Below, in pieces: positions 47,972 through 56,396 of a DNA stretch of 64,000 bases. The position numbers and the translations under genes were made by a program. The DNA is taken from contig JAIUPA010000006.1 in assembly GCA_020161665.1 (NCBI GenBank), positions 129,583 through 193,582 of the forward strand. Direction: 5' to 3'. Each line of letters starts with the position of its first letter. Within the stretch, counting starts at the first letter, position 1. The notes beneath the pieces are model-generated. The model worked only from the letters and a program-made list of their open reading frames with translations. It had not been told where the DNA came from and searched no databases. This stretch comes from Pseudomonadota bacterium. Its GTDB lineage: Bacteria; Pseudomonadota; Alphaproteobacteria; Rhizobiales; Rhizobiaceae.

Positions 47972-50359
47972 TTACTTGCCGTAAGGCCATTTCCAGTTCT
48001 GGATTTCCGGCATGTCCTCGCCATGCAGGCGCACATAGGCGTGATGTTCGGCGAGTTTGGCCTCGAAGAAGGCAATGGCGTCGGCACCCTTGCGACCCAG
48101 TGAGGGCATCCGGTTGATGGCCTCGATGGCGAGATGATAGCGGTCGAGGTCGTTCATCACCACCATGTCAAACGGGGTGGTGGTGGTGCCCTCTTCCTTG
48201 TAGCCGCGCACGTGGAAGCTGTCGTGGTTCTTGCGCTTGTACACCAGACGATGGATGAGCCACGGATAGCCGTGATAGGCAAAGATCACCGGCTTGGAGG
48301 TGGTGAACATCCCATCGAAGACCTCATGCGTCAGGCCGTGCGGATGCTGGTCTGGCGATTGCAGCGCCATCAGGTCCACCACGTTGACGAAGCGGATGCG
48401 CAGATCCGGCAGCGCCTCGCGCAGAAGTTCGGCAGCCGCCAGCGCTTCAAGCGTCGGCACGTCACCGGCCGCCGCCAGCACCAGATCGGGCTCGAAGCCT
48501 TCTTCTTCCGTACCGGCCCACTCCCAGATGCCCGCACCCACTTCGCAATGGGCAATCGCCTCATCCATCGTCAGCCATTGCGGCGCAGGCTGCTTGCCCG
48601 CCACGATGACGTTGATGCGGTTCCACGTCTTCATGCAGTGGTCGCCCACCCACAGAAGCGTATTGGCATCCGGCGGGAAGTAGACGCGCACCACTTCAGC
48701 CTTCTTGTTGATCACGTGATCCACAAAACCGGGGTCCTGATGCGAGAAGCCGTTATGGTCCTGACGCCACACATGCGAGGTCAAGAGGTAGTTGAGCGAG
48801 GCAATCGGCGCGCGCCACGGAATGTGCTGCGTCACCTTCAGCCACTTGGCATGCTGGTTGAACATGGAGTCGACGATGTGGATGAAGGCTTCATAGCAGG
48901 AGAAGAAGCCATGGCGACCCGTCAGCAGGTAGCCTTCAAGCCAACCCTGGCACAGATGCTCGGAGAGGACTTCCATCACCCGGCCTTCGGTGGCCAGATG
49001 ATCATCCGTCGGCAGAATGTCGGCCATCCACACGCGATCCGTCACATCGAACACGCTTTGCAGACGGTTCGAGGCGGTTTCATCCGGCCCGAAGATGCGC
49101 AGGTTCTTTTCCGCCGCATTGAGCTTCAGCGCCTCGCGCAGATAGTCACCGAGGATCTTGGTGGACTGCTCGTCCACGGCACCCGGCGAAGGCACCTTCA
49201 CTTCAAGGCTGCGAATATCGGCAAGCTTCAGTTCCTTGCGCAGCACGCCGCCATTGCCTTCCGGAATGGCACCCATGCGCTTGTCCCCTTCAGGAGCCAG
49301 TGCCTTCAATTCCGGCTTCAACGCACCCTTCTCATCGAACAGGTCCGCCGGATCATAAGACTCCATCCACTCCTGCAGGATCAGGCGATGCGCGGCATTC
49401 TCACGGCAACCGGAAACCGGCACCTGATGCGAACGCCAGTGGTTTTCCACCATCTTGTTGTCAACGAATTTCGGGCCGGTCCAGCCCTTGGGGCTACGCA
49501 GCACGATCATCGGCCAACGCGGACGCGACAGGTCGCCGGACAAGGCCTTGGCGCGAATGTCGGCGATCTTGTCGAAGATCGTGTCGAGCGTCGCAGCCAT
49601 CTGGCCATGCATGTCGATCGGCTCGGAGCCTTCCACGAAGAACGGCTCATAGCCATAGCCGGAGAAGAGGTCGGTCAGTTCCTCATCCGACAGGCGCGAC
49701 AGCACCGTCGGATTGGCGATCTTGTAGCCGTTGAGATGGAGGATCGGCAAAACAGCGCCGTCCTTGGCCGGGTTCAGGAACTTGTTGGAGTGCCAGGCCG
49801 CCGCCAGCGGGCCGGTTTCGGCTTCGCCATCCCCCACCACAGCAGCAACGGTCAGGTGCGGATTGTCAAAGGCCGCGCCAAAGGCATGCACGAGAGCATA
49901 GCCCAGTTCACCGCCTTCATGGATCGAACCGGGCGTTTCCGGTGCCGCGTGGCTAGGAATACCGCCGGGGAAGGAGAACTGCTTGAAGAGCTTCTGCATC
50001 CCCTCTTCCGTTTCCGGAATGTCGGGATAAATCTCGCTATAGGTGCCTTCCAGATAGGTGTTGGCCACCATGCCGGGACCGCCATGACCGGGGCCGCAGA
50101 TATAAAGCACGTTCTCGTCGCGCGCCTTGATGATGCGGTTGAGGTGGGCGTAGATGAAGTTGAGACCCGGCGTCGTGCCCCAATGGCCAAGAAGGCGCGG
50201 CTTGATCTGTTCCGGCTTCAACGGTTCTTTCAGAAGCGGATTGTCCAGAAGGTAGATCTGCCCGACAGAAAGATAGTTCGCTGCCCGCCAGTAACGGTTG
50301 ATCAACCCGATTTCGTCCGCACCCGGACGCATCGCCGTGACCTTGCCTTTTTCTGCCAT
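47972..50359 (-). CDS. xfp: Xylulose-5-phosphate / fructose-6-phosphate phosphoketolase
   Basis: ORF 47972..50359, 795 aa (AAGGAGA SD). It carries XFP signatures: [21 protein letters not shown] and [20 protein letters not shown]. Confidence 0.93.
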   Translation of the reverse strand: MAEKGKVTAMRPGADEIGLINRYWRAANYLSVGQIYLLDNPLLKEPLKPEQIKPRLLGHWGTTPGLNFIYAHLNRIIKARDENVLYICGPGHGGPGMVANTYLEGTYSEIYPDIPETEEGMQKLFKQFSFPGGIPSHAAPETPGSIHEGGELGYALVHAFGAAFDNPHLTVAAVVGDGEAETGPLAAAWHSNKFLNPAKDGAVLPILHLNGYKIANPTVLSRLSDEELTDLFSGYGYEPFFVEGSEPIDMHGQMAATLDTIFDKIADIRAKALSGDLSRPRWPMIVLRSPKGWTGPKFVDNKMVENHWRSHQVPVSGCRENAAHRLILQEWMESYDPADLFDEKGALKPELKALAPEGDKRMGAIPEGNGGVLRKELKLADIRSLEVKVPSPGAVDEQSTKILGDYLREALKLNAAEKNLRIFGPDETASNRLQSVFDVTDRVWMADILPTDDHLATEGRVMEVLSEHLCQGWLEGYLLTGRHGFFSCYEAFIHIVDSMFNQHAKWLKVTQHIPWRAPIASLNYLLTSHVWRQDHNGFSHQDPGFVDHVINKKAEVVRVYFPPDANTLLWVGDHCMKTWNRINVIVAGKQPAPQWLTMDEAIAHCEVGAGIWEWAGTEEEGFEPDLVLAAAGDVPTLEALAAAELLREALPDLRIRFVNVVDLMALQSPDQHPHGLTHEVFDGMFTTSKPVIFAYHGYPWLIHRLVYKRKNHDSFHVRGYKEEGTTTTPFDMVVMNDLDRYHLAIEAINRMPSLGRKGADAIAFFEAKLAEHHAYVRLHGEDMPEIQNWKWPYGK

Positions 50360-50552
50360 GGAAATCTCCTTGTTAGCCGCGTTTCAAGCAGCTTTGGCAT
50401 TGCATGATGACAAGCATGTTAAATCGATTTGGCAGCCTTGTTAAATGCAATGCCAGCATGGCAGGGGCTTGTGACAGGTTGCGATTGCATAACACTTAGG
50501 CAATCAATGGGTGTAGGATGAAAGCGCAACGTGACTCTGCGCCCTCCACAGC

Positions 50553-51083
50553 CTATGCCGCCACAGGACCGATGCGCTTGTAGAAGAAGGTCGTGCCGCA
50601 AAAGCGACCATCGGGATAAAGCGCGTAATCCGGGACAACGCCAACGCGCACCCACCCGAAGCGGGGATAGATAGCCTCCGCCGGACTGCCCGTCGCGGTA
50701 TCCAGCACCAGAAGTGTCTTGCCGCATTTTGCCGCTTCCGCCTCCGCCGCATCCATGAGAAGCCGCGACAGGCCAAGCCCACGCGCCGAGCGGCGGACGA
50801 GAAGCTTTTTCACATCGCCCCGGTGCGGTTGGTTCGGCGCCTGCTTGATCCCCACCTGAACCGTACCGACCACCCGACCCTCGACAATCGCCACCGCCAG
50901 CAGCGTGTCCCCACGCCCGGCAGCATCGGCAACCTCCAGCCAGTAGGGCCGCGCATCCTCAACGCCATAGGGCAGCATGAAAGAGACCGAAGCGCCGTCA
51001 TTGACGCAATCGGCGAGAACCTCGCACAGGTCATCGAGCCATGCGCGGGCCGCATCGCCATCCAGAAAGCGGATTTCGGTCAT
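50553..51083 (-). CDS. GNAT family N-acetyltransferase
   Basis: ORF 50553..51083. It has the acetyl-CoA motif A, LLVRRSARGLGLSRLLMDAAEAEA. Its start makes an ATGA overlap with the upstream regulator gene. Confidence 0.8.
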   Translation of the reverse strand: MTEIRFLDGDAARAWLDDLCEVLADCVNDGASVSFMLPYGVEDARPYWLEVADAAGRGDTLLAVAIVEGRVVGTVQVGIKQAPNQPHRGDVKKLLVRRSARGLGLSRLLMDAAEAEAAKCGKTLLVLDTATGSPAEAIYPRFGWVRVGVVPDYALYPDGRFCGTTFFYKRIGPVAA

Positions 51084-51664
51084 CGTGCTCCTCCATTCGG
51101 TTTCTCGACAACAACGGCGTAATGCGCCGGGCCGGGGCCGGGATTGTAAAAGGCGTGCGGATCGGAAAGTGTCATGAACAGGCAGTCCCCCGCCGCCATA
51201 GGGTACGTCCGCCCATTGGCGGTCATCTCCATCTGACCGGAAAACAGCCAGACATACTGCATCATCGGCGGCTCGCCCGTGAGCGCCGGATAATCGATGC
51301 GCGCGCCTGCGGGAAACTCCACTTCGACCAGATCGGAGCGCGCAGGACTGCCGGTAGGCGAGACGGCCCGGCGCAGATAGCCGGTTTGCGGATCACGCCA
51401 GACGGGTTGATCGGCACGGCGCACCAGCGGATCGGACGCCTTTTCCGTTTCGGCAAAGAAACTCGACAGCGACAGCCCGAAGGCCACGCAGATGCGCGAA
51501 AGCAGTACCGCCGTCGGGCTCGCCTCGGCCCGTTCAATGCGCGAAAGCATGGCCCGGCTGACGCCGGATGCCGTGGCGAGGTCATCAAGGGTCATGCGGC
51601 GCTCAAGGCGAAGTGCCCTGAGACGGGCGGCGATTTGCGTGTTCAATTCGTCCATTTCTTCCAT
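51080..51664 (-). CDS. XRE-family HTH transcriptional regulator with a C-terminal cupin domain
   Basis: ORF 51080..51715. Several in-frame ATGs are candidates (51685, 51670, 51664, 51655), so the start is uncertain. The HTH reads LRLERRMTLDDLATASGVSRAMLSRIERAEASP. A cupin beta-barrel forms the C-terminal half. Confidence 0.75.
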   Translation of the reverse strand: MEEMDELNTQIAARLRALRLERRMTLDDLATASGVSRAMLSRIERAEASPTAVLLSRICVAFGLSLSSFFAETEKASDPLVRRADQPVWRDPQTGYLRRAVSPTGSPARSDLVEVEFPAGARIDYPALTGEPPMMQYVWLFSGQMEMTANGRTYPMAAGDCLFMTLSDPHAFYNPGPGPAHYAVVVEKPNGGAR

Positions 51665-51694
51665 TATCATAGAATTTAAGATCATGATAATGGA
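51660..51694. promoter_or_regulatory. 11-bp perfect inverted repeat (candidate operator) at the 5' end of the XRE-cupin gene
   Basis: TCCATTATCAT-N13-ATGATAATGGA lies in a locally AT-rich patch and overlaps the candidate start codons. Confidence 0.5.
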
Positions 51695-51831
51695 GTCAAG
51701 CCTTGTTTGGGACAACCGAAATGACAGCGAGCCAAACAGAAAGCTTGCGCTTCAGCCACGACCCTGCCTTTTTCCGGGTTCAGGGCACGTTGCGGTGATT
51801 CGAGGTAATCGCCCTTCAGGAGAGACGAGGC

Positions 51832-52821
51832 ATGAACGAAGGAATGAGACCGCAGATTGCGGAAATGCGGCCGCGCATTGCGGTGATCGGCGTCGGTGGT
51901 GCGGGCGGCAATGCCGTCAACAACATGATCACTGAAGGCCTTCAGGGTGTGGATTTCATCGCCGCCAACACGGATGCGCAGGCGCTGACCATGTCGAAGG
52001 CGGAAAGGCTGATCCAGCTGGGCGCTGAAGTGACGGAAGGTCTGGGCGCAGGCTCCATTCCCGATGTCGGTCGTGCGGCAGCGGAAGAATCCCTGCACGA
52101 GATCATGGATCATCTGAACGGAACGCATATGTGCTTTGTCACCGCCGGTATGGGCGGCGGCACGGGCACGGGCGCGGCCCCGGTAATTGCGCGGGCGGCC
52201 CGCGAAGCCGGCATCCTGACCGTCGGCGTTGTCACCAAGCCCTTCTCCTTTGAAGGCCGCCGTCGCTTGCAGGCCGCCGAAGAGGGCATCGAGCGCCTGC
52301 GTGAGGCCGCCGATACGGTGATCGTGATCCCGAACCAGAACCTCTTCCGCATTGCCGACGCCAACACCACTTTTGCCGATGCTTTCGTGATGGCGGACCG
52401 CGTGCTGTTTTCGGGCGTCTCCTGCATCACCGATCTGATCGTCAAGGAAGGCCTGATCAACCTCGACTTCGCCGACGTGAAATCGGTGATGAAGGGCATG
52501 GGCCGCGCCATGATGGGCACCGGCGAGGCAACCGGCGAAGGCCGCGCACTTCGCGCTGCCGAAGCCGCCATTGCCAACCCGCTCCTCGATGAAGTCTCGA
52601 TGCGCGGCGCACGCGGCGTGCTGATCTCCATCTCCGGCGGCATGGACATGACGCTGTTTGAAGTGGACGAAGCCGCCACCCGCATTCGCGATGAGGTCTA
52701 TGACGAGGCCGACATCGTGGTCGGCGCCATCTTCGATAAGAGCCTTGATGGCCGCTTCCGCGTCTCGGTTGTGGCAACCGGGCTTGGCGAAAACGGCATT
52801 CCGGTGCCGCAGCCCCGCTAA
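51832..52821 (+). CDS. FtsZ paralog: tubulin/GTPase core only, with no C-terminal linker or conserved C-terminal peptide
   Basis: ORF 51832..52821, 329 aa (GGAGAG SD). It has [13 protein letters not shown], the tubulin signature [13 protein letters not shown] and the T7 loop NLDFADV. The protein ends about 15 aa after the globular core (...[19 protein letters not shown]). Confidence 0.88.
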   Translation: MNEGMRPQIAEMRPRIAVIGVGGAGGNAVNNMITEGLQGVDFIAANTDAQALTMSKAERLIQLGAEVTEGLGAGSIPDVGRAAAEESLHEIMDHLNGTHMCFVTAGMGGGTGTGAAPVIARAAREAGILTVGVVTKPFSFEGRRRLQAAEEGIERLREAADTVIVIPNQNLFRIADANTTFADAFVMADRVLFSGVSCITDLIVKEGLINLDFADVKSVMKGMGRAMMGTGEATGEGRALRAAEAAIANPLLDEVSMRGARGVLISISGGMDMTLFEVDEAATRIRDEVYDEADIVVGAIFDKSLDGRFRVSVVATGLGENGIPVPQPR

Positions 52822-52988
52822 GCGGCAACGCCATTCAAGCAAGTTTCATGGCCGGGGCGTCAAAGGCGCTCCGGCCATGTGCATTTCCGGCTCATGCCCG
52901 GCATAAACCGGCCCTTCCCGGAAAGTCGTGTTTGCACGGCCCGCCTCGCCCCCTATAACGGGGTCCAAACATGGGGAGGAGAAACACC

Positions 52989-53180
52989 ATGATGCTCGAC
53001 CTGACATCGCCCTGGCTTTATCTGGCCATGCTCATCGGCGCTATTCCCTATGCCGTGCGCTGGTATGCCGACCGGCAGGAGGGCGAAACCGCCGAGCGCC
53101 TCTCCATCCTCACCCGCCACCCCTTTGTGGCCGGAGCCTTCATGACGGCGGGCCTTGCCGTTTATCTCTTCAACAGGTGA
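52989..53180 (+). CDS. Hypothetical small two-TM membrane protein (63 aa)
   Basis: ORF 52971..53180. The ATG at 52989 has a GGAGGA SD 8 nt upstream. There are two hydrophobic helices (WLYLAMLIGAIPYAV, FVAGAFMTAGLAVYLF). I recognise no family. Confidence 0.4.
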   Translation: MMLDLTSPWLYLAMLIGAIPYAVRWYADRQEGETAERLSILTRHPFVAGAFMTAGLAVYLFNR

Positions 53181-53257
53181 GCCTGCGGACTTTCATCTTG
53201 TGAACCGCATCCATCGGCGCTAGACGGAGGTCCGGATTACAATTGGCGGATTTTTGC

Positions 53258-54430
53258 ATGACGGCTGCTGGCGCTTCCCGACGTCCGATCACCATCCTTG
53301 GTTCGACCGGCTCCATCGGCACAAACACGCTGGATGTCGTGGAGCGTCTGGGGGGTCGCGAGGCGTTTGAAATCGCCGCCCTCACCGGCAACGGCAACAT
53401 TGCCCTTCTGGCCGAGCAGGCCGTGAAATTTGGCGCGAAACTCGCCGTCACCGCCAGCGATCATCATTATTCCGCTTTGAAGGATGCGCTTTCCGGCAGC
53501 GGCATTGCGGTCGCGGCCGGCAAGTCCGGCCTCATCGAAGCCGCCTCCATGGAAGCGGGCTGGGTTATGGCCGCCATCGTCGGAACGGCAGGCCTTGCCC
53601 CCACGCTTGCCGCTGCCGAACGCGGCGCAGACATCGCCCTTGCCAACAAGGAATGCCTCGTTTCCGCAGGCACCCTGTTTATCGAGGCCGTGCGCAAGGG
53701 CGGTGGCAAGCTCTTGCCGGTCGATAGCGAACATAATGCCATCTTTCAGGTTCTCGACGAAAACCAGCGCCATGCGCTGGAGCGGATTATCCTCACCGCG
53801 TCCGGCGGCCCGTTTCGCACCTGGTCGCTGGAAGAGATGGCGAGCGTCTCCGTTGCCACCGCGCGCGCCCATCCCAATTGGTCGATGGGCCTGAAAATCT
53901 CGATCGACAGCGCCTCCATGTTCAACAAGGCTCTGGAAATGATCGAGGCTATGCATCTCTTCCGGCTGCGCCCGGATCAGGTGGAGGTGATCGTTCACCC
54001 GCAATCCGTCATCCATTCCATGGTCGGTTATGCCGATGGCTCGGTTCTCGCCCAGCTCGGCTCTCCGGATATGCGCACCGCCATCGGTTATGCGCTGAGC
54101 TACCCGGCCCGCAGCGACCTGCCGGTCGAACGACTGGATTTCACGAAACTCGCCCGCATCGATTTCGAAGCGCCCGACCCGGTGCGTTTCCCGGCCCTGC
54201 GTCTGGCCCGCGAGGCCATGGAAGCGGGCGGCGTCGCAGGGGCCGTCCTGAACGGTGCCAAGGAAGTGGCCCTCGAAGCCTTTATCGAAGGCCGCGCCGG
54301 TTTCCTCGACATGCCGGTGGTCGTTGAAAAGACGATGGACAAGCTCTCAAGCCTGCCGGATGCCGGATCGATGGACGACGTGTTCGCTGCCGACGAAAAA
54401 GCCCGGCAGGTGGCCGCCGGGCTTCTTTAA
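53258..54430 (+). CDS. dxr: 1-deoxy-D-xylulose 5-phosphate reductoisomerase
   Basis: ORF 53243..54430 begins at a TTG; the ATG is at 53258. It has the NADPH motif ILGSTGSIGTNTL and the motifs LANKE and DSEHNAIFQ. Confidence 0.92.
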   Translation: MTAAGASRRPITILGSTGSIGTNTLDVVERLGGREAFEIAALTGNGNIALLAEQAVKFGAKLAVTASDHHYSALKDALSGSGIAVAAGKSGLIEAASMEAGWVMAAIVGTAGLAPTLAAAERGADIALANKECLVSAGTLFIEAVRKGGGKLLPVDSEHNAIFQVLDENQRHALERIILTASGGPFRTWSLEEMASVSVATARAHPNWSMGLKISIDSASMFNKALEMIEAMHLFRLRPDQVEVIVHPQSVIHSMVGYADGSVLAQLGSPDMRTAIGYALSYPARSDLPVERLDFTKLARIDFEAPDPVRFPALRLAREAMEAGGVAGAVLNGAKEVALEAFIEGRAGFLDMPVVVEKTMDKLSSLPDAGSMDDVFAADEKARQVAAGLL

Positions 54431-54448
54431 AAATAATCGAGCTGGATA

Positions 54449-54477
54449 GCAAAACGGCCCCTTTCGGGGCCGTTTGC
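54449..54477. terminator. Stem-loop between convergent dxr and hemA
   Basis: The sequence is gcaaAACGGCCCCtttcGGGGCCGTTtgcc. Confidence 0.65.
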
Positions 54478-54487
54478 CATTCAAGGA

Positions 54488-55703
54488 TCAGGCAACAGCC
54501 CGGGCCAGCGCACAGCGCGACCACAAGGAGTGCAAAGCACCGACCAGATGATCGATATCCGCATCCGTGTGGAGCGGCGTCGGCGTAAAGCGCAGGCGCT
54601 CGGTCTTGCGCGGCACCGTCGGGTAGTTGATCGGCTGCACATAGATGCCGAAGTCATCGAGCAGAATGTCGGAAATCCACTTGCACTTGGCTGCATCACC
54701 CACCATCACCGGAACGATGTGGCTGGGGTTCGGCATATGCGGAATCCCCTTGGCATCAAGCGCGGCGCGCAGTCGGCGCACGCGGTCCTGATGACGGGCA
54801 CGCTCGAACGGGCTGTTCTTGAGGTGACGGATGGAGGCAATCGCGCCCGCGGCCAGCGCCGGCGGCAGAGCCGTCGAGAAGATGAAGCCCGAACCGTAGG
54901 AACGGATGAAATCGCACATGGCCGACGAGCCGGTGATGAAGCCGCCCATCACGCCAAAAGCCTTGCCGAGCGTGCCTTCAAGAATGGTGATGCGGTCCAT
55001 CAGACCTTCGCGCTCGGCAATGCCGCCGCCGCGCGGACCATACATGCCAACGGCATGGACTTCGTCCAGATAGGTCATCGCGCCATACTTGTCGGCCAGA
55101 TCACAGATTTCCTTGATCGGGGCGATATCGCCATCCATCGAGTAGACCGATTCGAAAGCAATGAGCTTCGGGGCTGCCGGATCGGCCAGCGAAAGCTTCT
55201 CTTCCAGATCCTGCAGGGTCGTTGTGCTTCCACACAACGCGCTGACACTTGCCGTAACGAATGCCTTCGATCATCGAGGCATGGTTCAGCGCGTCAGAGA
55301 AAATAATCAGGCCGGGGATCTTGGCGCCCAGCGTGCCGAGCGTCGTCCAGTTGGAGACATAACCGGAGGTGAAGATCAGCGCCGCTTCCTTATGGTGAAG
55401 GTCGGCCAGCTCGCGCTCGAGAAGCACGTGATAGTGATTGGTGCCGGAAATGTTTCGGGTGCCACCGGCACCCGCACCACAGTCATCAATCGCCTGCTTC
55501 ATGGCATCGATCACGGCCGCGTTCTGGCCCATGCCGAGATAGTCATTCGAGCACCAGACCGTGACATCACGAGCGCCACTTTCGGTATGACGCGTGGCCT
55601 TCGGGAAGTTGCCACGGTGCCGTTCGAGGTCGGCGAAAACGCGATAGCGCCCTTCCTGATGCAGGCTTTCCAGCTCGCTCTTGAAAAATGCTTCGAAATC
55701 CAT
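54488..55703 (-). pseudogene. hemA: 5-aminolevulinate synthase (ALAS) interrupted by a 1-nt insertion
   Basis: The gene is split between two track ORFs. The N-terminal 162 codons lie in the frame of ORF 55101..56195, from ATG 55703 ([29 protein letters not shown]...[18 protein letters not shown]). The remainder lies in the frame of ORF 54488..55237 ([30 protein letters not shown]...). The span is 1216 nt, which is 405 codons plus 1 nt. The frame switch is at the GGG run 55216..55218. Confidence 0.85.
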
Positions 55704-55850
55704 CTCAGTCTCCAAACTTACGGAACCGTTTTGGGACGGAGCGACCAAAAAGGTCAACCCCCGAAAGTCACCAAACTGGCCGCCTGCGGCAAAAGGCGCG
55801 TGATTTTGAACAATTCCAAACGACCTTAGCGAAATCCTCCTAGAGGAAAA

Positions 55851-55864
55851 TTGATTCACATCAA
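55851..55864. promoter_or_regulatory. FNR/FixK-type anaerobox
   Basis: TTGAT-TCAC-ATCAA is a perfect match to TTGAT-N4-ATCAA. It lies in the hemA / lipoprotein divergent intergenic region, centred 154 nt from the hemA ATG and 174 nt from the lipoprotein ATG. Confidence 0.6.
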
Positions 55865-56031
55865 GCGCATTCTGAAGAGGTTGTATGAATTCAACTGAGT
55901 TTCGTATGGACTCCGTCGCGGCGCGCGATATGTTTGCGAAGACGGTGGAGCATGCGAGGCATCTTGCTATCAACCGCGAAGCTGAAAACGGGGACGAAAA
56001 CGACCACCACGTTTCCATCGAGGAGAGAACC

Positions 56032-56304
56032 ATGAAGAAAGTAATCGTGCTTATGCTTGCAGGCCTGACGCTTGCAGGCTGCACCCAGACCGAAAAGGGT
56101 GCAACCATCGGCGCTGCCGGCGGTGCCATCATTGGCGGTGCTGTTTCCAACAGCTGGCGCGGCGCGGCCATTGGCGCAGCCGTGGGCGGCGTCACGGGTG
56201 CGCTGGTCGGCCACGTGTCCGAACAGCCTGGCCAGTGCTACTACCGCGACCGTTATGGCCGTCGTTACATCGACGATTGCCCGCGCAGCTACCGCCGCTA
56301 CTAA
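56032..56304 (+). CDS. Small lipoprotein with a glycine-zipper domain (17-kDa-antigen / YMGG-like)
   Basis: ORF 55885..56304 trimmed to ATG 56032 (GGAGAG SD). It has the lipobox [17 protein letters not shown] and the Gly-zipper [34 protein letters not shown]. Confidence 0.8.
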   Translation: MKKVIVLMLAGLTLAGCTQTEKGATIGAAGGAIIGGAVSNSWRGAAIGAAVGGVTGALVGHVSEQPGQCYYRDRYGRRYIDDCPRSYRRY

Positions 56305-56396
56305 TCGGGTGATGGCGGGGCGACACGCGGTGTGGCCCCGCCACACTTCCGCAAACCGGCAGGATCGGATAGAATATCCCCATGAGGAGATATGAA

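Noticed and set aside
50428-50450. Sigma-54-like TGGCA...TGCA near xfp.
   Set aside because: The GG-to-GC spacing is 14 nt rather than 10 nt, and the orientation points away from xfp.
50553-51715. GNAT plus an overlapping HTH gene as a TacT/AtaT-like toxin-antitoxin pair.
   Set aside because: The upstream partner is a regulator of about 195 aa with an XRE HTH and a cupin sensor domain. It is not a small RHH/DUF1778-type antitoxin. This architecture fits ligand-responsive metabolic regulators, and nothing in the sequence supports a tRNA-acetylating toxin.
55986-56015. A possible fifth EcfG promoter upstream of the glycine-zipper lipoprotein gene (GGGAC-N14-CGTT).
   Set aside because: The -35 box deviates (GGGAC) and the spacer is 14 nt instead of 16-17 nt, so it does not meet the consensus used for the other four promoters.
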